From the NCBI GenBank assembly GCA_041739415.1, contig JBGSNU010000013.1:2029-66028 (forward strand): 64,000 bases of DNA. Direction: 5' to 3'. The notes under the pieces are model-generated. The model was not told where the DNA came from. It saw only the letters and a list, made by a program, of their open reading frames with translations, and searched no databases. This document shows, one piece after another, positions 1 through 8,553 of this stretch (position 1 is the first letter of the stretch; each line of letters opens with the position of its first letter). This DNA comes from Bdellovibrionales bacterium. GTDB taxonomy: Bacteria; Bdellovibrionota; Bdellovibrionia; Bdellovibrionales; UBA1609. Made by a program: the position numbers and the translations under genes.

Positions 1-2
1 TG

Positions 3-1523
3 AGCTCTGAACCGCAAAGCTTTAATCCGATGAACAGCCAAGAGCATGTGACTTCCACGGTTGCAGATGCCTACGTAACAGAAGGTCTGCTGTCGATGAA
101 TCCAGATACCTACGAATGGGAGCCGTCACTCGCTGAAAGCTATGAAGTTTCAAAGGACCATTTAACGTTCACCTTCAAGCTCCGCAAGGGCGTGAAGTTT
201 TCGGATGGCACTCCACTGACCGCAGAGGACGTGAAGTTCTCATTCGATCTGGTGAAGGACCCTGCATACAAAGCGGCGCATCGCTTGCCCTACTATCAAG
301 ATATAGACAGCGTGACGGTTGTTGATCCGAGCACAGTGCAGATCAAAATGAAAAAGAAGTATTTTCTGAATCTCATGGTGCTAGGCAGTGGTGGATTCAC
401 GCCGATTTTGTCGAAAAAGATCTACGGTGACCCCAATAAGAAATTCTCGGGCAACCCGCTGTTTGGAACGGGTCCCTATAAAGTTGAGGCCTACAATCGA
501 GGTAAAAACATCATTTTGGTGCGTAACCCGGAGTGGTGGGGCAACGAGGTCGCGGGCTTAAAGGGCATGGCCAAATTCGACCGCATCAGTTTTCGTTTTG
601 TAAAAGAAGAAAATTTACAGCTTGAAATGGTCAAAAAAGGTCAGATCGACTTTCTTCACGATATTCGCGCGGAAAGCTATGAGAAGAAGGCCGTTGGGGA
701 CCCCTTTGGTAAGACAGTTCTAAAAGTCCAGGCAGAAAACAAGCGTCCTAAATCTTATGGATTTATTGGTTGGAACAACCGGAACCCGTTGTTTAAGGAT
801 AAAGATGTTCGCTTGGCCCTGTCTCACCTCCTGAATCGACCCCTATTGATCGAAAAATTTGCCTTTGGCCATTCCGTGGAGGCACGAGGTCCTGCGTATT
901 ACACGAGCCCCTTTATGCACCCCTCAGTTAAGCCGGTTGCGTTTAACCCAGAAAAAGCCAAAGCGCTCCTTGCTAAGGCGGGCTGGAGTGACAAAGCCAA
1001 AACGGGAGTTCTCCAAAAAGACATTGGCGGCAAGACCACCGAGTTTCGCTTCACTTTGCTTTTGCCCAATCGTGATGTGGAGAAGTACTTCACCATCTAC
1101 AAAGAGGATCTGAAAAAAGCTGGGATTGATATGAAGATCCAGCTAATGGAATGGAGCGCCTTTGAGCGACTCTTAACTGAGCAAAAGTTTGAAGCCGTAA
1201 CCCTGGCCTGGGGTGGAGGCTCGCCCGAAACTGATCTTAAGCAGATTTGGCATTCAGAGAGTGCGCGAGGCGGAGGATCGAACTTTATTGGTTATTCGAA
1301 TCCACAAGTGGACAAGTGGATCGATCAGGCTCGTGAAGAGATGGATCTCAAAAAACGCACAGTCTTATGGCAGAAAGTCACAAAAGCCATTGCCGATGAT
1401 GCTCCATACACATTTTTGTTTAATCCAAAATATGATCTGTATTTGTTAAATTCCCGAGTTGGGTTTGATAAGCCCACGTACACCTATGATTTGAGTCATC
1501 AGTATTTTTACTTGGCGAAGTAG
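3..1523 (+). CDS. ABC transporter substrate-binding protein, family 5 (YejA/OppA-like), 5-prime end cut by window edge
   Basis: The frame is open from nt 3, upstream of the first ATG at 30. The ~500 aa sequence has family-5 SBP character and is followed directly by two peptide-type permease genes. Confidence 0.85.
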   Translation, partial: SSEPQSFNPMNSQEHVTSTVADAYVTEGLLSMNPDTYEWEPSLAESYEVSKDHLTFTFKLRKGVKFSDGTPLTAEDVKFSFDLVKDPAYKAAHRLPYYQDIDSVTVVDPSTVQIKMKKKYFLNLMVLGSGGFTPILSKKIYGDPNKKFSGNPLFGTGPYKVEAYNRGKNIILVRNPEWWGNEVAGLKGMAKFDRISFRFVKEENLQLEMVKKGQIDFLHDIRAESYEKKAVGDPFGKTVLKVQAENKRPKSYGFIGWNNRNPLFKDKDVRLALSHLLNRPLLIEKFAFGHSVEARGPAYYTSPFMHPSVKPVAFNPEKAKALLAKAGWSDKAKTGVLQKDIGGKTTEFRFTLLLPNRDVEKYFTIYKEDLKKAGIDMKIQLMEWSAFERLLTEQKFEAVTLAWGGGSPETDLKQIWHSESARGGGSNFIGYSNPQVDKWIDQAREEMDLKKRTVLWQKVTKAIADDAPYTFLFNPKYDLYLLNSRVGFDKPTYTYDLSHQYFYLAK

Positions 1524-1547
1524 GGCTGAGGCTTAAGAGGTGCGGTT

Positions 1548-2555
1548 GTGCTGAAATATGTTCTGCAGCGTATGCTTTGGATGATACCGACATTGTTCGG
1601 TATCACCCTTATTTGCTTTGTGGTGATCAACTTGGCGCCGGGTGGGCCGGTGGAGCAAGCACTGAGCAAAATGCGGACGGGGCTTCAGGGGAGCTCGTCT
1701 GGCCAAGGGGTCTCGCAGGAAGTTATTGATGCGATCAAAAAGCAGTATGGTTTTGATCAGCCTCTTCATGTTCGGTACGTCATTTGGTTAAAGAACATTG
1801 TGACTTTGGATTTTGGTGAGAGCTTCACCAACCGGCGACCTGTGCTGGATGTGATTGTCGATAAGTTGCAGGTGTCGCTGCAATTTGGGATTTTGTCGTT
1901 GATTTTGATTTATATGATCAGTGTGCCTCTGGGGATTTCTAAGGCCGTGCGAGACGGCACTCATTTTGATCTTTGGAGTAGCGTTTTGTTGCTGGTGGCT
2001 TACTCGATCCCGCCCCTGATTTTGGGGATTCTCATGCGGGTGTATCTCGCGGGTGGGCAGTTCTTGGATATTCTCCCGCTGGGTGAACTCTACTCCGACA
2101 ATTATATGGACCTTTCCTTTTGGGGAAAGGTTTGGGATCGTACGTTGCATTTCATCATGCCTCTGACTTGTTATGTGGTGAATGGTTTTACAGTGCTGGT
2201 GTTTTTGATGAAAAACTCGCTGCTTGAGGAGATCCGACTGGACTATGTGCGCACGGCTCGCGCCAAGGGTCTAGATGAGAAGACCGTGATTTACAAACAT
2301 GCGCTGCGGAATGCCTTGATCCCAATCGTGACCGGCCTTGGTAGCTTTTTGACCGTATTTTTTGCAGGTTCGATTGTTATTGAGCAAGTGTTCAATTTGG
2401 ATGGTATGGGACTGCTCAGTTACAATTCTATTCTCACGCGTGATTACAATGTCATTATGGCGCTCATTTTTATTCAAAGTGTGCTGTCGATGTTGGGGCG
2501 GCTGGTGTCTGACATCGCGTATGTACTGGTTGACCCAAGGATTGATTTTCAATGA
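1548..2555 (+). CDS. ABC transporter permease (YejB/OppB-like)
   Basis: GTG start 7 nt after AAGAGG. 335 aa multi-TM protein with an N-terminus (MLKYVLQRMLWMIPTLFGITLICF) typical of peptide-type BPD permeases. Confidence 0.9.
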   Translation: MLKYVLQRMLWMIPTLFGITLICFVVINLAPGGPVEQALSKMRTGLQGSSSGQGVSQEVIDAIKKQYGFDQPLHVRYVIWLKNIVTLDFGESFTNRRPVLDVIVDKLQVSLQFGILSLILIYMISVPLGISKAVRDGTHFDLWSSVLLLVAYSIPPLILGILMRVYLAGGQFLDILPLGELYSDNYMDLSFWGKVWDRTLHFIMPLTCYVVNGFTVLVFLMKNSLLEEIRLDYVRTARAKGLDEKTVIYKHALRNALIPIVTGLGSFLTVFFAGSIVIEQVFNLDGMGLLSYNSILTRDYNVIMALIFIQSVLSMLGRLVSDIAYVLVDPRIDFQ

Positions 2556-3571
2556 TGGAGCGATTTTTTAAAAACGAACTCTCGCTTAAGCGGTTTCGCC
2601 GATTCAAGTCGGTAAAGCGAGCCGTTTGGTCGCTTTGGTTAATGGTGTTTTTGCTCATCGTGAGCTTCACCGCCGAAATTTGGTCAAACAACAAGCCACT
2701 GGTGATGAGCCACAAGGGCTCGATTTATTTTCCGGTGCTTAAGACTTATCATCCGAGTGTTTTTGAGCAAGAGGGGCACATCACGGATTACCGAACCCTA
2801 GGCTTGGCCTCTGAGGGCAATTGGGCTGTATGGCCAATCATCAAATGGGATCCGTTTGAAACCAATACGACTTTAGAAACCTATCCTGCGCCTCCTTCTG
2901 GCGACAATCTATTGGGGACCGATGATCGCGGGCGCGATGTGTTGTCTCGATTGGTCTATGGTTTTCGCTACAGCGTTGGCTTTGCGGTGCTGGTGTGGTT
3001 CTTCTCGTTTACGGTGGGAGTGATTGCCGGTGCGATCATGGGCTACTGGGGTGGTCGCGTTGATTTGTTTGGTCAGCGCGTGGTTGAGATATTTGATTCT
3101 TTGCCATACCTTCTGATGTTGCTGACTCTCATCGCTCTGCTCGGGGCGAGCATGACTTTATTGGTAACGTTCTCAGTTGTGTTGGGATGGATGCGAATCT
3201 CCAGCTATATGCGTGCGGAATTTTTAAAACTACGCAAGCGAGAGTTTGTTGAAGCAGCCCGGGCACAAGGGGCTGGCACATTCCGCACTTTGTTCCGCCA
3301 TATTCTGCCCAACGGACTTGGACCAATCATTACCTTTTCTCCCACAGATATTGCGGCCAACATCTACACCTTGGCGATCTTAGATTATCTAGGGATGGGA
3401 TTGCCGATCCCAACACCAAGCTGGGGCGAGTTGCTACAGCAAGCACAAAACTACTTTACAATTGCCTGGTGGTTGGCCGTGTATCCATCGCTGGCTATTG
3501 TGATTTCACTTACCGCTCTAACCTTTATTGGTGAGGGTGTGCGCACAGCCTACGATCCACGGAAAGCCTAA
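2552..3571 (+). CDS. ABC transporter permease (YejE/OppC-like)
   Basis: ATGA start/stop overlap with the upstream permease. 339 aa multi-TM protein with a long periplasmic loop after TM1, as in YejE. Confidence 0.9.
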   Translation: MMERFFKNELSLKRFRRFKSVKRAVWSLWLMVFLLIVSFTAEIWSNNKPLVMSHKGSIYFPVLKTYHPSVFEQEGHITDYRTLGLASEGNWAVWPIIKWDPFETNTTLETYPAPPSGDNLLGTDDRGRDVLSRLVYGFRYSVGFAVLVWFFSFTVGVIAGAIMGYWGGRVDLFGQRVVEIFDSLPYLLMLLTLIALLGASMTLLVTFSVVLGWMRISSYMRAEFLKLRKREFVEAARAQGAGTFRTLFRHILPNGLGPIITFSPTDIAANIYTLAILDYLGMGLPIPTPSWGELLQQAQNYFTIAWWLAVYPSLAIVISLTALTFIGEGVRTAYDPRKA

Positions 3572-3958
3572 GTTCAAACAATTGAAATAGAAATGGGCGC
3601 AGAAGCATTACCTTTCGGTAAAACCTCTGGCCCATCGGGGATCCGTCACGCAATCCAACTAGGCGGCGTGAGGTTAGTGAAGGGGATTAGACGGGACAAA
3701 AAAGCACAATCAAGCGCGCGGGGCCCACGAAGGGGTTCTGAGGCGGCATGTGGTGCCAAATGGTCGCGTTTCATCGGACTGCCTCCTCTATACCATTAGT
3801 AATAGCAAGGTTGAGGCCAATGCCAGATGTCGCCTAAGTTTGAGCTGGAGTCGCCTTATGGCGCACGCAACCGCAAAAGTACAAAATCAGTACGTTATGT
3901 TGAGTAAAATTTGAACCAATGCTAATTGTATGGGGAGAAAATCTCTCAGGAGGCCTAT

Positions 3959-5398
3959 TTGAGTACACAAGCGAGCCAGTCCCACATTGTTGTCGTCGAT
4001 GATGATTTAGACGTTCAGGCGGCAATACAAACATTTTTTGTAGACAAAGGTTTCAAAGTTACAACATTTATCGATGCTGAGACTGCACTTGAAGAGTGTA
4101 TGCGCAGTGGAGACAGCTGGGACGCTCTCTTGAGTGATCTCAATTTGCCCAATATGTCAGGGGCAACATTCACTGAGAAGGTAAAGAAAATTAAGCCAGA
4201 TCTTCCAATCATCTTAATCACAGTTTCAAAGTCCGCAAAGACGGCGGTAGATGTGATTCGGAAAGGTGCCTATGATTTTATTGTGAAGCCGATCTATTTT
4301 CCGCAGCTGCTTTTGTCGGTTGAGCGAGCGTTGCATCTAAAGACTCTCAACGTAGATATTTCTAATTTACGTGAAAGAGTAAAATCGAGCTACCTGGCGC
4401 CACATGGAGTGATTGGGCGCAGTCGGAAGTTTGTTGAGGCATTGGAGATTGCGCGCCGAGTGGCCAAAAGCAACGCGCATATTTTTATTTCAGGTGAAAG
4501 TGGAACGGGCAAAGAGGTTTTTGCGCGTTACATCCACAGTGAGAGCAATCGGGCCAAGGGACCTTTTATAGCAATCAACTGCTCGGCAATACCTGAGAAT
4601 TTATTGGAGTCGGAGTTGTTCGGGCATGCGCGTGGATCTTTTACCGGTGCCTACGAAAAGAAGATTGGTCTGTTTGAGGAGTCGCAAAATGGCACGCTCT
4701 TTTTGGACGAAATCGGCGATTTGAGTTTGAGCCTGCAGGCGAAGTTGCTTCGAGTTCTGCAAGAGAAGAAGATCAAACGTGTGGGGGAGAACCAGTTTCG
4801 TCCGATCAATGCCAGAATCATCTCGGCAACCCATAAGAACTTGGCAGAAGAAATCAAAGCTGAAAGGTTTCGCGATGATTTATTTTATCGTTTGAGCGTG
4901 ATTCCTCTGCGCATTCCGCCCTTGCGAGAGCGTGTGGACGATATTTTGCCATTGGCTGAGAGCTTCATGAAGAGATTTGCAATTGAAAATGGGTCTCCCG
5001 CCAAGACATTGTCGAAAGACGCCATCAAGTATCTGCTGGAGCATCGCTGGCCAGGAAACGTGCGTGAGTTAGAAAACGCAGTTGAACGAGCCGTGGTTTT
5101 GGCGACCGAAGCTGAAGTTTCGCTTATGGAATTCACGAGCATTTCAATGGAGAGTCTGAAAAGTGACGGCTCGTCTGAGCAGTTTTTAAATGGATCTCGC
5201 TCAAAGTCTGAGCGCTTTGAAATGCCATTCGAAGGCGGCCTGCCTTCTCTCGATAGTATTATTGAAAAATACATTGAATTTGCCGTGACCTTTAACGGTG
5301 GGGCGAAGGATAGAACCGCCAAAGAGATCGGGATAGACCGTAAGACTTTGTATCGACGGCTACAAAATCAAGAAACCAATAAAAGTTCGGCGCACTAA
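3959..5398 (+). CDS. sigma-54-dependent response regulator (NtrC family: receiver + AAA+ + Fis-type HTH)
   Basis: Receiver (VVVDDD...LLSDLNLP...KP), Walker A GESGTGKE, ESELFGHARGSFTGA motif, and C-terminal HTH (AKEIGIDRKTLYRRL). I prefer the TTG at 3959, 5 nt after AGGAGG, over the track start at 3926. Confidence 0.9.
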   Translation: MSTQASQSHIVVVDDDLDVQAAIQTFFVDKGFKVTTFIDAETALEECMRSGDSWDALLSDLNLPNMSGATFTEKVKKIKPDLPIILITVSKSAKTAVDVIRKGAYDFIVKPIYFPQLLLSVERALHLKTLNVDISNLRERVKSSYLAPHGVIGRSRKFVEALEIARRVAKSNAHIFISGESGTGKEVFARYIHSESNRAKGPFIAINCSAIPENLLESELFGHARGSFTGAYEKKIGLFEESQNGTLFLDEIGDLSLSLQAKLLRVLQEKKIKRVGENQFRPINARIISATHKNLAEEIKAERFRDDLFYRLSVIPLRIPPLRERVDDILPLAESFMKRFAIENGSPAKTLSKDAIKYLLEHRWPGNVRELENAVERAVVLATEAEVSLMEFTSISMESLKSDGSSEQFLNGSRSKSERFEMPFEGGLPSLDSIIEKYIEFAVTFNGGAKDRTAKEIGIDRKTLYRRLQNQETNKSSAH

Positions 5399-5728
5399 AT
5401 GGATATTGAAGCTCAAAATAATTTAGGCCATGAAGCCGATGACTTTGTTTTAGAAAAATCTGCGCTCGAAGCCTATTGGAGCCGTCGGACCATTGACCGT
5501 GCCGCGCTAGTAGCGGCACTCGAAAACCGGTCGATTCAGGAGTTCCATCAGATTGGTCATCGGATCTTAGGCTCGGCGCGAACGTATGGATATCCAAACC
5601 TCGAAGCAATCGCTAAACGAATGGATAAACTTAGCGCAGAGGAACTGATGAATGACGGGCCTGGTATTATTTTAGACTTTCAAACTTGGATAGACGAAAC
5701 TCAAGTTCTTCTCAACCGGGTGGATTGA
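5399..5728 (+). CDS. stand-alone Hpt (histidine phosphotransfer) domain protein
   Basis: ATG immediately follows the TAA of the NtrC-like gene. It carries an Hpt-type motif, HQIGHRILGSARTYG (HxxxGS/TAxxxG). Confidence 0.7.
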   Translation: MDIEAQNNLGHEADDFVLEKSALEAYWSRRTIDRAALVAALENRSIQEFHQIGHRILGSARTYGYPNLEAIAKRMDKLSAEELMNDGPGIILDFQTWIDETQVLLNRVD

Positions 5729-5737
5729 GTTTTAAGA

Positions 5738-6361
5738 TTAGAGACGATATTGCCAGCCAAATGCCCAGACTGTTGAAGTCCAGTGATGTTGTCGTGTGAC
5801 TGAAACTATAAAGCCCGAGCGACTGCCCACCTGTTGGGTCATTAGAATTCCAGCGCCGATAGAAAAGGGCTTGTCCTCAACTTCAAAGGGAGCTTTGACC
5901 TTCCAGCTGATCGAACGATAGGTGATGGGCAGTACGGCTCCAACACGAGTTTGGCTGGTGCTTCTGTACTCCAAACCAGGGGTTAGCGTGAGCGACATCC
6001 ACGATTGCCCCTTGACCTCATCCTCGACCGGAGCAACGGCCTTTCCTCGGAGATTTCCATAGCCAAAATCAACTCCATAGGTGCGAACGTAGCGAAGGTT
6101 TTTTGTCGGTCTGTTGTACACATACCGGAGGTTGATCCCTTGTAAATGCGTCCGCATTTTGCCTTTGATGGCACCGGCGCTTGTGTCTAGCACCTCTTGG
6201 GAAAAACCGTACTGAGTCTCTAGCTCGTGATAGGGGCGTGAGAGTGGGCTCGGAGCTTTAGCTTTGACTTTGCTCGTTGTATCTTGCGCAAGAGCGAGCT
6301 CAATGGTGCCCACTAGGGGGGCCATAATTAAAGTGCATATTAAGTTTCTGGCATTCAACAC
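5738..6361 (-). CDS. secreted/outer-membrane beta-barrel-like hypothetical protein
   Basis: GTG start 8 nt after AGGAGA, which overlaps the stop of the upstream gene. It has a signal peptide (…IELALAQ), alternating beta-strand-like sequence, and an aromatic C-terminus (WQYRL). Confidence 0.7.
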   Translation of the reverse strand: MLNARNLICTLIMAPLVGTIELALAQDTTSKVKAKAPSPLSRPYHELETQYGFSQEVLDTSAGAIKGKMRTHLQGINLRYVYNRPTKNLRYVRTYGVDFGYGNLRGKAVAPVEDEVKGQSWMSLTLTPGLEYRSTSQTRVGAVLPITYRSISWKVKAPFEVEDKPFSIGAGILMTQQVGSRSGFIVSVTRQHHWTSTVWAFGWQYRL

Positions 6362-6373
6362 AATCGAGATCTC

Positions 6374-7540
6374 CTACAGCGACAAGTGAATTTGTCCCAA
6401 GAATGTCCAGCTATCTTGTGCGACTTGGGCGTTCACCGGCATTTTGATACTGTGCAATCCTTCAAACCGAAATTCTAAGCGCTGCATGGGAAACGCCAAT
6501 AGTCCTAAACCCATACGGACCGAGTCGTCCTCCGTGTGCTTTAGCTCCTGCTTGTAGGCTTCACCGGAAATAAACAGATGATAGCCGCGAACAACGCGTT
6601 GAATCGCTTCAGAATAGACGTAGTAGCCCTGTTTAGTCTCACCCGTTGCGGGTTTGTTTCGAATAAGTCCGGTTTCAAAGATAAGGGCAGAGCCGTTTCC
6701 GTAGCCGGCCCGCGATTGCACACCCATGCGTTCGTTCTTCACAACATCGTTTTCCGATTTCAATACTGAGGCGCCGAGTCGCCAGGCCTCTTTCACTTCA
6801 TATTCAAAAAGGGCAGATGCGCCAACCTGCCTGAGCTTTTGCTCTTGAAAGAGGTTGCCCATGAAGACGTTGCCCGTCAGCTCCCATTGAGGCTGAATGT
6901 AGTGCGCGACAACTCCGTGCGACTGATCGTTTTGTGCAAGGCCAGTCAAAGAGCGGCTAAACGCGTAGTGATTGACATGGCGAATGCCGTAGACCTTGTC
7001 CATCATTCCGGCGTAAAGCCACAGCGCATCCGACTTTTGCCAGCGCAGATAGTGCTCACGTGAAATGAAATTGTCGGGATTCTCACCATTGGAATCGGCC
7101 AGCCGACGGGGGTCGGGGACGTAGCCGATCGATCCAACAAAGGCGTACTTTTGGTCTCTGTCGGCAAAAAGAGCCAGACTTGCGTCGGCCTGCATGAAAA
7201 TGCGTCGGTTAACTGGTCTGAGAGTCCCGGGATTGTTCTGCATTTGTAGTTGGCGTGCCTTGAATCCAGGGCGCACCCACCATGGCAACTGTGTTGACCC
7301 GAGAAACCCCGACGCTTCACCCAGCTGTTCATCTGACCGGCTACCTGCAAAGGCGCGCCCGGCAATTTCAGATGCCCAAAGAGCTCGACCATAGTCGTTG
7401 ATCGGGCCATTGCCCTGTCCGTTGTAATGACATGTTACGCAAGACGCATATTTGTAACCGATAAACTGCGGATAGGCTGCAGCAAATTCAGCGACAAAAA
7501 ACTGCGCAAAAATGAGACTGATAAGACAAATTCGTGCCAT
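6374..7540 (-). CDS. secreted beta-barrel-like protein with a single N-terminal CxxCH heme-c motif
   Basis: Signal peptide, then YASCVTCHYNGQGNGP right after the predicted cleavage site. The remainder is beta-rich and ends in an amphipathic beta-like strand (FLGQIHLSL). Confidence 0.75.
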   Translation of the reverse strand: MARICLISLIFAQFFVAEFAAAYPQFIGYKYASCVTCHYNGQGNGPINDYGRALWASEIAGRAFAGSRSDEQLGEASGFLGSTQLPWWVRPGFKARQLQMQNNPGTLRPVNRRIFMQADASLALFADRDQKYAFVGSIGYVPDPRRLADSNGENPDNFISREHYLRWQKSDALWLYAGMMDKVYGIRHVNHYAFSRSLTGLAQNDQSHGVVAHYIQPQWELTGNVFMGNLFQEQKLRQVGASALFEYEVKEAWRLGASVLKSENDVVKNERMGVQSRAGYGNGSALIFETGLIRNKPATGETKQGYYVYSEAIQRVVRGYHLFISGEAYKQELKHTEDDSVRMGLGLLAFPMQRLEFRFEGLHSIKMPVNAQVAQDSWTFLGQIHLSL

Positions 7541-7617
7541 GTCCTGGAATTCTAGCTAGAATTGGGGAGGGATTACAACCTTGTCAGACAAAATTATCGA
7601 AGTTTATGGAGCCACCA

Positions 7618-8121
7618 ATGAAAATTCAAAGTCTGTTGTGTGTAGGTCTGTTTGGTTTGTGTTTACCACTTGCCCAAGCCAAATCGACCGGCGCCTCGAT
7701 CGCTGTCACGCTAAGCCCCGCTGGAAGCTATAAGGCTGAGACGCCCTCAGTAAAGGGCACGGCGCTCAAGCACAAAGATGGTAGCGTGACGGCTAAAGAG
7801 ATCATTGTCGACCTGAGCACTTTAAAGACGGGGATAGGTCTACGTGACAAGCACACCAAAGAACGCTTAAAGGCCGATAAGTTCCCCACTGCAAAACTGC
7901 TTGAGGCCAAGGGCAAAGATGGCAAAGGTGAGGCTACTATTGAAGTGATGGGTAAGCAGAAAAAGGTGTCAGGCACTTATAAGATCGAGGGCAATTCCTT
8001 GGTATCAGAGTTTCCCATGTCGCTGGCCGAGCTCGACATTAAGGATGTTCGTTACATGGGAGTTGGTGTAAAAGATCAAATAGTAGTTACGATTGTGGTC
8101 CCCGCGAAAGCGGCTCCATAA
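7618..8121 (+). CDS. YceI-like periplasmic (polyisoprenoid-binding family) protein
   Basis: Signal peptide MKIQSLLCVGLFGLCLPLAQA. The YceI-type core is VDLSTLKTGIGLRDKHTKERLKADKFPTAKL. I prefer the internal ATG at 7618 over the track start at 7534. Confidence 0.8.
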   Translation: MKIQSLLCVGLFGLCLPLAQAKSTGASIAVTLSPAGSYKAETPSVKGTALKHKDGSVTAKEIIVDLSTLKTGIGLRDKHTKERLKADKFPTAKLLEAKGKDGKGEATIEVMGKQKKVSGTYKIEGNSLVSEFPMSLAELDIKDVRYMGVGVKDQIVVTIVVPAKAAP

Positions 8122-8148
8122 TTGGATAGACCTGATGGAGATATCGGC

Positions 8149-8547
8149 ATGAGCGCCACTTACAGAAGTACAAACAGTAAAAACACCTACAAAAATTTTG
8201 TCGTCGTGCTGACGGTTTGTTTGCTGGGATTATCCGGTTGCTTGCAAACCGAAAACTCTTCTTCGGTCGACGACGTCGAGACCGTGGACGGCAGTGAGCT
8301 GTTTAAGGCGGCCAATTCGGTTTTAAAAAACAAGTGCGCTCAATGTCACCAGGGGTATGCAGAAGACGAGGCGTCTTTGCTGGAGCAAGGGGTAGTTGTA
8401 CCCGGCTTTCCAGAGTCTTCGACTCTTTTTACGGCGTTAATTGGGTCGACTGGCGTTGGGCGCCACGATATGCCTCTCAATGGTTCGATGACGAGCACCG
8501 AGATCGATACGATTGCCGAGTGGATCACCAACATGGCGGGCCAGTAG
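8149..8547 (+). CDS. c-type cytochrome-domain lipoprotein (PSCyt1-like)
   Basis: Lipobox LLGLSGC, heme motif CAQCH, followed by VVPGFPESSTLF...MPLNG...EIDTIAEWI as in planctomycete-type cytochrome c domains. The track start is a TTG at 8122; I prefer the ATG at 8149. Confidence 0.75.
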   Translation: MSATYRSTNSKNTYKNFVVVLTVCLLGLSGCLQTENSSSVDDVETVDGSELFKAANSVLKNKCAQCHQGYAEDEASLLEQGVVVPGFPESSTLFTALIGSTGVGRHDMPLNGSMTSTEIDTIAEWITNMAGQ

Positions 8548-8553
8548 AGAGTT

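Noticed and set aside
3593-3799. 68-aa ORF in the long intergenic gap
   Set aside because: It has no RBS and a Gly/Arg/Pro-biased, low-information sequence. It sits in a G-rich region that gives open frames by chance. The region is treated as non-coding (see the finding at 3572..3958).
7525-7539. Minus-strand TGGCAC-gaatt-TGTC resembling a sigma-54 -24/-12 element
   Set aside because: It is formed by the first codons of the gene itself (ATG GCA CGA ATT TGT). The -12 part is TTGT, not TTGC, so it cannot serve as this gene's promoter.
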